From: an uncultured bacterium
Lineage (GTDB): Bacteria > Bacillota_I > Bacilli_A > RF39 > UBA660
DNA: 64,000 bases
Assembly (NCBI GenBank): GCA_949293285.1
Contig: CASFCU010000017.1
Location: 2,432 to 66,431, forward strand
Direction: 5' to 3'
Below the pieces are notes generated by a model that had not been told where the DNA came from, searched no databases, and was given only the letters and a program-made list of their open reading frames with translations. This document shows, in pieces, positions 9,676-19,447 of the stretch (its first letter is position 1; each line of letters starts with the position of its first letter). A program made the translations under genes and the position numbers.

Positions 9676-10772
9676 ACTTATCCTCCTTTAATTTTTTTTC
9701 AATAAAATCATTAATATCACCATCTAACACTTTTGAAACATTACTTGTTTCATAAAGAGTACGATGATCTTTCACCATCGAATAAGGATGCATAACATAA
9801 CTTCTGATTTGAGAACCAAACTCTATATTTTTTTGTTCCCCCTTAATCTTACTTAACTCATCATTTTTTTTCTCAATTTCTAATAACTTCAATTTGCTTT
9901 TTAACATCTTCAAAGCTTGTTCTTTATTCTGAATTTGGCTTCTTTCATTTTGACAAGTAACGACAATTTTTGTAGGCAAATGCGTTATTCTAACGGCTGA
10001 ATCAGTAGTATTTACTCCCTGACCACCACACCCACTAGAACGGTAAACATCAATCTTCAAATCTTTATCATTAATCTCGATATTAGCAATATCCTCACTA
10101 AATTCTGGTGTTACAAGAACAGAAGCAAAAGAAGTATGCCTTTTATTATTGGCATCAAAAGGAGAAAGTCTAACAAGTCTATGAATTCCCTTCTCACACT
10201 TCAAATAACCATAAGCGTAATCCCCTTTAACAAGAATAGACACGCTTTTGATTCCAACTTCATCCCCATCCTGATAATCTAAGAGTACATATTTATAACC
10301 ATTTTTATCACACCATCTAGTATACATTCGATAAAGCATAAAAGCCCAATCACATGCTTCCGTACCACCAGCACCAGAATGCACCTCTAATACACAATTA
10401 TTCTTATCATATTCTCCATTTAAAAGAAGTAAAATCTCTAATTTTTCAAGCCTATCTGTTATATTTTTACATTCTTCCTCAATAAACAGAACAGTATCCA
10501 CATCACTCTCATCCATGGATAACACTACTTTTTTCAAATCATCAATATCAAAAGCTAAATCATCAACATCCTTAATAATAGACTTTAAAGAATTTAACTT
10601 TTCTATAACTTCACTACTTCTCTTAGAATTATCCCAGAAATTAGGAGAAGACATTTCTTTTTCTAAAAAAGAAATTTCCTCTTTTTTTCTATCTATGTCA
10701 AAGTAACCTCCATAAATCATTAATCTTATGATAACTATCATCAATATTTCTTCTTAACTCATAAACTTCCAT
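9665..10772 (-). CDS. prfB: Peptide chain release factor 2 with programmed +1 frameshift
   Basis: SPF and GGQ motifs. True start is ATG 10772 after GGAGG, giving MEVYELRRNIDDSYHKINDLWRLL, then CTT-TGA-C at 10703-10697 with an internal GGAGG at 10711-10707. Confidence 0.96.
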
Positions 10773-10807
10773 AGCAAAGACCTCCATTATTCAACAATTA
10801 TAACATA

Positions 10808-10830
10808 AAAAAAGACTTAAATTAAGCCCT
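10808..10830 (-). terminator. Intrinsic terminator downstream of the duplicated clpC 3' end
   Basis: Minus-strand AGGGCTTA-ATT-TAAGTCTT followed by a T-run. Confidence 0.6.
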
Positions 10831-10944
10831 TTAATCTAATTTACTTCAATTTTACTATCCAAATGTTGAAACAAATGGTCCTCTATCTTATTCATAATAA
10901 TTTTTTCAATCTTTCTAGCACCATAAACTTCATAATCAAATTCT
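10828..10944. repeat. Direct repeat, left copy (duplicate of the clpC 3' end)
   Basis: 10828-10938 is identical to 14854-14964 (111 bp) and extends to 10944/14970 with one mismatch. Confidence 0.97.
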
Positions 10945-11010
10945 CTCGAGTTTTGTAGCTTGAAAACAAAAAAATAAGCTTTTCATATTTTACATACTAC
11001 AAAAATCGAG
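10945..11010. mobile_element. 66-bp inverted-repeat mini-element (MITE-like or IS scar)
   Basis: CTCGAGTTTTGTAG (10945-10958) and CTACAAAAATCGAG (10997-11010) are 13/14 inverted repeats, starting exactly where the direct repeat ends. Confidence 0.55.
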
Positions 11011-11087
11011 TTATATCATATTCCATTATGATTAGTAAATTATAAAAAATAGTTCTAACAAAAGAACTATTTTAGTATCATTAATGA

Positions 11088-13568
11088 TTATATATTGTCG
11101 TTTCTAATAGTTTCAATAATATTTGACTTTTTTAATTTACGAGAAGCAAAATATATTGAAATAAATACAATAGCAAAAACACCAATAATTGACGCAATTA
11201 AATATTTATATGGATATGCAACTACATCATCACTAGAACTCAAGGTAAACATTACAATGAAGATCAGGACATTAGCAAATACTTGCCCTAAAAACAAAGA
11301 GTCAAAACCGAGAACTAATCCTTCATAGAACAACATTCTATTAAATGATTTATTAGATAGACCAACACTCTTTAAAACAGAAAAATCTCTCTTTCTTAAA
11401 TCAATACTAGTATTAATTGTATTAATGACATTAGTAACTGCAATCAATACAATAAATCCCAAAAAAGCATATATACCAGTTTTGATACCGAAAATCATTT
11501 TATAGTATTCTTCATATTCGATTAAAGTATTAGTATAGTTACTAACTTCTATATTATTATTTTCAAGTTCTTTGATTTTATTATCCAGTACTTTATATTT
11601 TTCAGAATCTATTTTAACAAAATAATCAGATGGATAATTAATATAGTTAGAAGTAGATTTCCTATATGCATCAAATTCTTCTTCAGACATAACTATCATT
11701 CCCATTAAACTATTATCATCGATAAAATATAAATTATCAAGGGTATAAATTGGATTATTTAAATCATATTTATATATATAGTGATCTCCATTAGAAGTAA
11801 AATTAGGATTTTCAATTCTTTCTACATCGTAAACATTTATCTCTTTAATTTCATCTTTCCACATCGGTATCTTTTTTTCAATATCACCACTTTCATTTCT
11901 TTCATAATAATTTTTTGGAACAAAAATAACATCATCATCAACATTATATTTTTTCTTTAAATCACTATAATTCTTCTGATCATAAGAAGATATCCATATA
12001 TCATCATAATTTAATGAAAATATTTCCCTACTTTTTATATATTCATCTTCAAAATAATCAACTTCGTAAGGAATATCACCATAACTTAAACGGGTAACTA
12101 AATATTTATCTACTTCTTGATATGATAAAATCTCTTTAACTATTTTTTTGCCTTTAAAAGTATCTTCAACATAAACGCTGATTGGATATTCATCAGGTTT
12201 ATACTTTTCTAATTCACCAAAAGTTATATTGATAAACTCACCAATTACCATAAATAGAATAATACTTATTATTAAAGATATTTTAGCACTACGATATTTC
12301 TTTTTATTTCTTACAATATTATTTTGAGCTAAAACTGCTTCTTCCCCAAAGATATTTAAAAACCTTTTATTTTTCTTGTATTTTTTCTTTTTCAACTCTA
12401 TATCATTATTTAATCTAATAACTTCTAAAGGTGATACACTACTAGATTTAAAAGCTGGTATCAATGCTGATAAGAAAATCATAATAATTGAGAAAAATAA
12501 AGATACAAGGGCATAAGATGGATAAATTACAACTCTAAAATCAGCATTAGGAATATAATTAGTAATTATTTTAGAAGCAATAAAAGCCAAAATAAAACTA
12601 AATATAACACCAAGTGGAATAGCAATTATAGATATGATAAAAGCTTCATATATAACACTTAAAAAGATATTTTTTTTAGATGAGCCAAGGCTTCTAAATA
12701 TACCAAAAATCTTTTTTCTTTCAGATACTGATATTGCAAAGGCATTATAAATTGCAAGAGATGAAAATAAAGCTAAAACTCCTAAAATTATAACGATCCA
12801 AGTTCTTATAGTCTTTACAAATGTATCATTACCAATACCAAAAAGCATTAGATAAGGAGTATTGATATAAACATCTTCATACTTATTATCACTAGATGCT
12901 AAAATTCCTTGAAGATGGGGTAAACCTATTTCTTCAGCAATTTTATATGTTTCTTCATAAGTATTTTTCATATTATTAAAATAAATATAATATTTTCCAT
13001 CATTTTTCACTTCTGATTTAGTATAAAAAATACCAGAATAACTATTATAACTACTATTGTGCATATAATGATCAAACTTAGACTCATTATAAATACCAAC
13101 AACAGTATAGATAACTTCATCCCCACTAAAAGTATCACCAATTTTTACATTTTGCCATTTAGCAAAATCAAACTCAATTATAATTTCATTATTATTAGCA
13201 GGGAGTTTACCATCTGTTAAAACAAAGTTATCAGCATAATCAAAAGAAGCACTTTTAATAAAATATTCTTCATCATTTTTTTCATCATATATATTTTCAA
13301 CATTTTCAATTATAATAAAATGATTTACTTTAGAATTATTTTGAAGTTTTTCTTTTAAAGAGTCATAACCTTTTTCATTGTTAATAATAACATGATGGTC
13401 ACCAATATAATTAATCACACTTTGAAGACGATTATCACGAATACTCGAAAAGATAATTCCAACAACAAAGAGAAGAGATACTGCTAAAAATGTTCCAATG
13501 ATTGTCACTATTGTACGGGTCTTATTTTTCAATAGGTTGCGTAAGGTAAATTTATTTAGAATCTTCAT
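11088..13568 (-). CDS. ABC exporter permease (FtsX/MacB-like, two permease repeats)
   Basis: RNLLKNKTRTIVTIIG N-terminus and two FtsX-like motifs (ERKKIFGIFRSLGS, RKRDFSVLKSVGLS) with large extracellular loops. Confidence 0.9.
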   Translation of the reverse strand: MKILNKFTLRNLLKNKTRTIVTIIGTFLAVSLLFVVGIIFSSIRDNRLQSVINYIGDHHVIINNEKGYDSLKEKLQNNSKVNHFIIIENVENIYDEKNDEEYFIKSASFDYADNFVLTDGKLPANNNEIIIEFDFAKWQNVKIGDTFSGDEVIYTVVGIYNESKFDHYMHNSSYNSYSGIFYTKSEVKNDGKYYIYFNNMKNTYEETYKIAEEIGLPHLQGILASSDNKYEDVYINTPYLMLFGIGNDTFVKTIRTWIVIILGVLALFSSLAIYNAFAISVSERKKIFGIFRSLGSSKKNIFLSVIYEAFIISIIAIPLGVIFSFILAFIASKIITNYIPNADFRVVIYPSYALVSLFFSIIMIFLSALIPAFKSSSVSPLEVIRLNNDIELKKKKYKKNKRFLNIFGEEAVLAQNNIVRNKKKYRSAKISLIISIILFMVIGEFINITFGELEKYKPDEYPISVYVEDTFKGKKIVKEILSYQEVDKYLVTRLSYGDIPYEVDYFEDEYIKSREIFSLNYDDIWISSYDQKNYSDLKKKYNVDDDVIFVPKNYYERNESGDIEKKIPMWKDEIKEINVYDVERIENPNFTSNGDHYIYKYDLNNPIYTLDNLYFIDDNSLMGMIVMSEEEFDAYRKSTSNYINYPSDYFVKIDSEKYKVLDNKIKELENNNIEVSNYTNTLIEYEEYYKMIFGIKTGIYAFLGFIVLIAVTNVINTINTSIDLRKRDFSVLKSVGLSNKSFNRMLFYEGLVLGFDSLFLGQVFANVLIFIVMFTLSSSDDVVAYPYKYLIASIIGVFAIVFISIYFASRKLKKSNIIETIRNDNI

Positions 13569-14352
13569 GATTTACCTCACAAGTATCCGATTTTACTTTT
13601 TCAACAATTTCTGTGGATTGTTGAATAGGTGTAATAACCGCTTGAACAGCTTGTTCATTAGTACTTGTTAATGGTACTTCTTTTTTTATATCACTAACTA
13701 TTTTACCATCACTTACAGTTATTATCCTTTTAGCTTGGCTAGCAATATCCAAATCATGTGTAACCATAATAACAGTTTGTTTATACTTTTCATTTAATAA
13801 TTTTAATAAATCTATTATTTCTTTAGAGTTAGCAGAATCAAGATTTCCAGTTGGTTCATCTGCTAAAACAAGTGCTGGATGATTAATTAAAGCACGGGCA
13901 ATTGCAACACGCTGTTGTGTACCACCAGATAACTGATTAGGTAAGTAATTAAGATATTCTCCTAATTTTAAAATATCTATAAGTTCCTTTTTAAAATTTT
14001 CATCAACTTTTCCTTTGTCTAATAAAACAGGTAATTCAATATTTTCTTCAACATTTAAAATAGGAATTAAATTATAGAATTGATAGACTAATCCAACATC
14101 TTTTCTTCGATATTTAGATAATTCTTTATCTTTTAAATTATAAATATTTTTATCTCTAACAATTATACTTCCACTAGTGGGAGAATCAACTCCTCCAATT
14201 AAATGTAATAAAGTACTTTTACCACTTCCACTTGCTCCAATAATTGAAACAAATTCTCCTTCTTCAATCGAAAAAGACACATTATCAAGTGCTTTAGTTA
14301 AGGACATATCTTTACCATATTCTTTAACTAAATTTTCAACTCTCAATACCAT
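13552..14352 (-). CDS. ABC transporter ATP-binding protein (LolD/MacB type)
   Basis: GASGSGKST, LSGGTQQRVAIARAL and ADEPTGNLD motifs. Confidence 0.93.
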   Translation of the reverse strand: MVLRVENLVKEYGKDMSLTKALDNVSFSIEEGEFVSIIGASGSGKSTLLHLIGGVDSPTSGSIIVRDKNIYNLKDKELSKYRRKDVGLVYQFYNLIPILNVEENIELPVLLDKGKVDENFKKELIDILKLGEYLNYLPNQLSGGTQQRVAIARALINHPALVLADEPTGNLDSANSKEIIDLLKLLNEKYKQTVIMVTHDLDIASQAKRIITVSDGKIVSDIKKEVPLTSTNEQAVQAVITPIQQSTEIVEKVKSDTCEVNHEDSK

Positions 14353-14441
14353 AAAATCACCTCTATTATAAGATATTATAACATTTTTTTATCAAAAAAA
14401 ACATTTCACTAGTCATTTGTTTTTATAAATAAAAGGGGCTG

Positions 14442-14554
14442 TTACGAGATTAAATGATTAATTTCAAATGGTTCTTCAATCACTTCTCCTGCAACTGATA
14501 ATATAGCTATTGTGCTTTTCCTTTTGAAATATCAATCCCAACTCCATACTTCAT
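14442..14554 (-). pseudogene. IS110-family transposase (recombinase) N-terminal remnant, frameshifted and truncated
   Basis: Purine-rich RBS then MKYGVGIDISKGK, frameshift at the T-run 14516-14519, then STIAILSVAGEVIEEPFEINH. GIDxSK is the IS110 DEDD-domain N-terminal motif. Confidence 0.75.
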
Positions 14555-14569
14555 TTTCCTTTTCCTTCC

Positions 14570-14810
14570 TATTCTTTAAATTACGGTTGGTACCAACTCT
14601 TCTACATATCCTCATTTTAGCTCTTTACACGAGAACTATTTCAATCTCAACTTGCTTAAACGAATATATTATGTGAAGATTGGACAACACTTTTTGTAAC
14701 GAAAACTTTATCTCTAAAAGACGCACGTTATCCGATCACTTCACCATAATAAAAAGAAGTGTAATAATTAATCACATTTCTGTAATTAGTTATTACACTT
14801 TTATAGTACC
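14570..14810 (-). ncRNA. Candidate IS110 bridge-RNA-like structured non-coding left end
   Basis: Lies directly upstream of the IS110 stub. Shows a 16-bp hairpin (14757-14772/14785-14800), a stem-internal loop-stem (14673-14688/14727-14744) and a second probable internal-loop domain (about 14605-14665). Confidence 0.5.
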
Positions 14811-14853
14811 AAAAGAGACTGATACAAAATCAATCACTAATTTTGAGACAGAT

Positions 14854-14970
14854 CCTTTAATCTAATTTACTTCAATTTTACTATCCAAATGTTGAAACAA
14901 ATGGTCCTCTATCTTATTCATAATAATTTTTTCAATCTTTCTAGCACCATAAACTTCATAATCAGATTCT
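14854..14970. repeat. Direct repeat, right copy (within the intact clpC 3' end)
   Basis: Matches 10828-10944 at an offset of 4026 with one mismatch (14965). Confidence 0.97.
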
Positions 14971-17132
14971 TTGATTACATCATCAATATCAGAAGAATGA
15001 TACTGATAATCAACATGTATTTTATGAATAATTTTATCAAAAGAATTCATCACAATTCTTTTAATATCATCATAACTAAACTTATTAAAAATAATTACTT
15101 TTTCTATTCTATTAATAAATTCCGAAGAAAAATAATTTTTAATACCAGACATTAAAGACTCCTCACTATCTTTTTCAAACCCAATATTCTTTTTATTACA
15201 TCCAGCATTAGAAGTCATAATAATAATATTATTATCAAAACGAAAAACATTTCCAGAAGAATCTTTAATCTTTCCTTCATCAAGAATTTGTAAAAACAAA
15301 TTTAAAACATCAGGATGAGCTTTCTCTACCTCATCAAGCAAAATAACAGAATGCGGTTTATCTTTTATTTCTTCTAGAACACTACTCTTATCTTGATAGC
15401 CAACGTATCCAGGAGGTGAGCCAATAATTTTACTAACAGAATGCTCTTCCTTATACTCACTCATATCCAGTCTAATAATATTTTCTTCTCCAAACATAAA
15501 CTTATTATATTCTTTAGCTAAAAAGGTTTTTCCAACACCAGTTGGACCAACAAAAAGAAAAGAAACTGGCTTTTTATCATATTTAATGCCTAAAGTTATT
15601 TTACGTGTATAATCACAAATTGCAGTTATTGCTTTATCTTGACCAATAATAGTTTTTTTTAAGAAATCTTTTAAATCAGTAATAACCGAAGAAGAAGGAA
15701 CTAACTCATAAACTGGAATATTACTTTTTATTTTAATCACTTCTGCTACCATCTGTTTAGTAACTTCCTTTCTTTTTGTATTCCTCATAATTTTTACATC
15801 CATCTTGTTAATACAACTTTCTAACTTTAACTCTTCTTCTCTTAAATAGACTGCCTCATTAAACTTATTATTTATAATAGCCTCATTCTTTAAATCCTTA
15901 ATTGTTTTAAGTAAATTTTTATAATATATATTTTTTTTAGTCATTTTATCTTCTAAAATAGAAACTTTAGAACAAACTTCATCCAGTACATCAATAGATT
16001 TATCCGGTTGTTTTCTATTATACAAATACTTATTAGATAAAGTAATAATTAATTTCAAAACATCATCATTAATAATAACATTATGATAATCTTCATAAAT
16101 GGATTTTAACCGAGCTAAAATATGATATACTTTTTCTTCATCAGGTTCCGTAATCATAACGGTCTGAAAACGTCTAGATAAAGCTTTATCATCTTCAATA
16201 AATTTTTTATATTCAACAGTAGTAGTAGCTCCTATAATATTTATTTTTCCACGTGCCAAGGATGGTTTCAAAATATTAGAAGCATCAATAGCCCCTTCAG
16301 CACCACCGGCACCAACTAAAGTATGAATTTCATCTATAAAGATAATCACATCATTAGACTCCTCAACCTCTTTTAACATTTTAGTAACCCGCTCTTCAAA
16401 TTCTCCACGATATTTTGTCCCAGAGACTAAACTAGCCATAGATATAGAAATCACTCTCTTATTAAGTAGTTTCGAAGGAACCTCTCCATTCACAATTTTT
16501 CTACTAAGTTCTTCTACAATAGCAGTCTTTCCAACACCAGCATCTCCAATCAATAACGGATTATTTTTAGTTCTTCTACAAAGGATCTCAATAATTCTTA
16601 AAACCTCATCCTCACGATTAATAACAGGATCAAGTTCTCCATCGATAGCTTTTTTATTTAAATTTACACCAAACTCATCAACTAATAATTTATTCTTTAA
16701 TTTCTTACTTTTCCTATTTTGATTAATCTCCTCGTAAAGTAAATCAATATCTACTCCCATACTAAGAAGAACTCTGATAGCAACCCCTTCTCCTTCTTCT
16801 ACAAGAGCTAAAAATAAACTCTCTAAACTAACCTCCTTCAAATTTTTTTCTTTACTAACAATGATAGAATTTTCAATAATTTTTTTTAATAATGGAGTAT
16901 AAATAAACCATTCATTTTCTTTTGAACCAATCCCAACTACATTTATAATTTCTTCTCTAAAAGAAGAATAATCAACACCAAATTCCTTAAGTTTATTGCT
17001 GATAATATTATCTTTTTTCAAAAGTGAAAGAACAAAATGTTCAGTTCCAATATAAGGATGCTTCAAAAGTACCATTTCCTTTTTTGCACCAAGTAATATC
17101 TTTCTTACTTCTTCATTAAACTTTGAGAACAT
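14862..17132 (-). CDS. clpC: ATP-dependent Clp protease ATP-binding subunit ClpC
   Basis: Clp_N (HPYIGTEH), two AAA+ modules (GDAGVGKT, GPTGVGKT), GSPPGYVG and IGF loop. Start set at ATG 17132 after AAAGGAG. Confidence 0.92.
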   Translation of the reverse strand: MFSKFNEEVRKILLGAKKEMVLLKHPYIGTEHFVLSLLKKDNIISNKLKEFGVDYSSFREEIINVVGIGSKENEWFIYTPLLKKIIENSIIVSKEKNLKEVSLESLFLALVEEGEGVAIRVLLSMGVDIDLLYEEINQNRKSKKLKNKLLVDEFGVNLNKKAIDGELDPVINREDEVLRIIEILCRRTKNNPLLIGDAGVGKTAIVEELSRKIVNGEVPSKLLNKRVISISMASLVSGTKYRGEFEERVTKMLKEVEESNDVIIFIDEIHTLVGAGGAEGAIDASNILKPSLARGKINIIGATTTVEYKKFIEDDKALSRRFQTVMITEPDEEKVYHILARLKSIYEDYHNVIINDDVLKLIITLSNKYLYNRKQPDKSIDVLDEVCSKVSILEDKMTKKNIYYKNLLKTIKDLKNEAIINNKFNEAVYLREEELKLESCINKMDVKIMRNTKRKEVTKQMVAEVIKIKSNIPVYELVPSSSVITDLKDFLKKTIIGQDKAITAICDYTRKITLGIKYDKKPVSFLFVGPTGVGKTFLAKEYNKFMFGEENIIRLDMSEYKEEHSVSKIIGSPPGYVGYQDKSSVLEEIKDKPHSVILLDEVEKAHPDVLNLFLQILDEGKIKDSSGNVFRFDNNIIIMTSNAGCNKKNIGFEKDSEESLMSGIKNYFSSEFINRIEKVIIFNKFSYDDIKRIVMNSFDKIIHKIHVDYQYHSSDIDDVIKESDYEVYGARKIEKIIMNKIEDHLFQHLDSKIEVN

Positions 17133-17356
17133 AAAATCTCCTTTCATAATATATCTTATGTATATATTGAATTCTATTCTCAAAATCTATACAAGAAAAA
17201 ATTTAAAATAAAAATTTTTTAAATATAAACAATCATCTTGTAATTTTAACAAAAATACCAAGATGTTTTTTACATACTTGGTATTTTAGCACTCTTTTCT
17301 CTATTCTTTTATAAGCTAAAATTTCCTATAAAATAAAAAAGAAGTTTCCTTCTTTT

Positions 17357-18769
17357 TTACATAAGTGTCATTATTGTAAAAATAATCAATAATACAACTA
17401 CTAATTCTAAGAATAATTTTCCAATAGCTTTTAACCATTTTCCATAAGGAATATGTAAATAAGATAAAGTAGCTATTAATACTACACTAGTAGGTGCAAC
17501 TAACATTGCAACACCATACATTGCTTGCCAAATTACAGAAAGAACTGTAATATCACCAACTTCTAACCCAGTATATAAAATATTTACTACATAAGGTAAA
17601 ACTCCAGTTGCTGCATAATACAACTCAACAGAGAAAATACTTGAAACAAAGGCCACAAGACTCATTGTAAAAACATTAATACCTTGAGTAAGCTTCAACA
17701 AAGGATTAAAAATTGTAAGTAAAGTAGGAATATAAGTAACAGCTACTAATACTACATATAATAAAACTACTAATACAGCTGGTTTCAAAGCTCTTTTAGC
17801 CCCATCTATAAAATTGGTAATATAATCCGTAAATTTCATTTTATAGACAAAAGAAATTAACCAACTTGCTAAAAGCAATATTACAGACGCTTCTACTAAA
17901 GTCCAATATCCAAATGCACTTTCTTCTAAAAGCCCAAAAAGAGCTTCAAATATAGGAAATTCAAATATTTTAAAATCAAGCACAGACTTAAGAGCCTCTT
18001 CAAACCAAGTAATTTCAAATAAACTCCAAGATATAAATGCTAAAATTAAAATGACAAACACTATATCCATAATAACTACAATTGGCCAACTCTTTTCCTT
18101 CTTTGAACGAACAGCCTCTGGAATATAACTTCCCTCTACTAACTTCTTAGTATCCCTATGCTTTTTAGAATAAGTAATAACATTAAATATTAATAATGCC
18201 AAAGCAATAAGCAATAATAAAACCTTAACCAAAACGTCAGCATCTGGTGATGAGCCAATAACAATATCAATACCATAAGTATTATTAATTGAAAATACGG
18301 AACCTATCAAACCTATAGCTACACTTCCTGCCGTAACCATTGCTGCAGTTATCTTATCATATCCCATTGCCAAAATCACTGCTATAACAAAAGGAAACAT
18401 AAATAATAGAGGTAATGATAATCCTGCCATAGAAGACAATACAGCAAAAATTACCATAACAATAGTCATAAACAACCATTCACGCTCTATAAATCCTTTT
18501 ACTATCTTGTCTATCAAACTTCGATAAGCCGGAATCTTATGTAGAATACCATAAAATCCACCTACAATTAGCACATATATACCAATATGACTAAAATATT
18601 GGACAGCAATACCTACATAACTCATCACTTCAAATACTCCAATCTGTTGTCTTGCTTCCTCAACAAATCCAGCAGAAGAAGAAAAATAAGAGACTGGAAA
18701 TAACCATGTCAATAATACTGCAATTGCAATAGTTATCATAATAACCTTAAACAAATTATGTTTTTTCAT
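17357..18769 (-). CDS. YfcC/DcuC-like ion-transporter-superfamily membrane protein
   Basis: About 12 TM helices, ILAMGYDKITA and VAPTS...LSYLHIPYGKWLK motifs. Confidence 0.7.
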   Translation of the reverse strand: MKKHNLFKVIMITIAIAVLLTWLFPVSYFSSSAGFVEEARQQIGVFEVMSYVGIAVQYFSHIGIYVLIVGGFYGILHKIPAYRSLIDKIVKGFIEREWLFMTIVMVIFAVLSSMAGLSLPLLFMFPFVIAVILAMGYDKITAAMVTAGSVAIGLIGSVFSINNTYGIDIVIGSSPDADVLVKVLLLLIALALLIFNVITYSKKHRDTKKLVEGSYIPEAVRSKKEKSWPIVVIMDIVFVILILAFISWSLFEITWFEEALKSVLDFKIFEFPIFEALFGLLEESAFGYWTLVEASVILLLASWLISFVYKMKFTDYITNFIDGAKRALKPAVLVVLLYVVLVAVTYIPTLLTIFNPLLKLTQGINVFTMSLVAFVSSIFSVELYYAATGVLPYVVNILYTGLEVGDITVLSVIWQAMYGVAMLVAPTSVVLIATLSYLHIPYGKWLKAIGKLFLELVVVLLIIFTIMTLM

Positions 18770-18856
18770 TTTTATCCTCCTCGTAGTTAATTATACAACA
18801 TCACACAAAATAATTACAATAATTATAAATAAATTTCATAAAACATACACATATAT

Positions 18857-19447
18857 TTATTTTACAGCAACTACTTTAGTCTTAAATATTAAATCATGAA
18901 GTCCTCTAGTATCTTTTCTGAACATGATCATTAATGCTGAAATAAATACCAAAATACTTTGAATAGTCTCGACAACCAAAACGGTATAACTATACATATC
19001 AGCCTGAATCAATTGAAGGATAATCAAAGAAATTATACTAGCAATAACACCATAAATAAAAAGAGCTCTAAATATAAATGTACCATGACTAGGATTCTTT
19101 TCATCCAAACTTTCAACTTTTATATGCATTAATTTTTTACCTATCGTTTGACCATTCTTATAATAAGCATAAGTAGCAAAATAAGCTACCGTAATTAATA
19201 AATTAATTACTGTAACAATCATATTTTCTTTAGACATTGTATAATTAGCCTTACCATATTCCACTAAATACTCATGACTATCAATTTCTCCATTAAGATA
19301 AGCATTAGAAACTTCATTACTTTTCTTTAATGCCTCATCATAAGAATTACTAACAGGTATAAAGAAAGTAATACAACTAACAACAACAATTACTATAAAA
19401 AAATCAATCAAATAAGATATTAATCTTTGCAAAAAATATGCTTTCAT
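18857..19447 (-). CDS. RDD-family membrane protein
   Basis: RLISYLIDF, GQTIGKKLMHIKV and RGLHDLIFKTKVV motifs. Confidence 0.9.
   Translation of the reverse strand: MKAYFLQRLISYLIDFFIVIVVVSCITFFIPVSNSYDEALKKSNEVSNAYLNGEIDSHEYLVEYGKANYTMSKENMIVTVINLLITVAYFATYAYYKNGQTIGKKLMHIKVESLDEKNPSHGTFIFRALFIYGVIASIISLIILQLIQADMYSYTVLVVETIQSILVFISALMIMFRKDTRGLHDLIFKTKVVAVK

Larger units (their letters stand above)
10828..14970. mobile_element. About 4-kb genomic islet at the clpC 3' end (ABC exporter plus IS remnants)
   Basis: Bounded by 117-bp direct repeats; contains accessory ABC genes, an IS110 fragment and an inverted-repeat mini-element; no intact integrase or transposase. Confidence 0.8.

Noticed and set aside
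11088..14352. Island ABC exporter as part of a bacteriocin cluster
   Set aside because: No precursor peptide, modification enzyme or two-component system is visible in the island; the substrate cannot be assigned.
14680..14865. 61-aa plus-strand ORF in the island
   Set aside because: TTG start, no RBS or motif, and it overlaps the structured IS110 non-coding end on the opposite strand.
17286..17294. TTAGCACTC upstream of clpC, a perfect CIRCE (HrcA) left arm
   Set aside because: The right arm GAGTGCTAA is absent at 9-nt spacing, so it is only a half-site. No CtsR heptad repeat was seen either.
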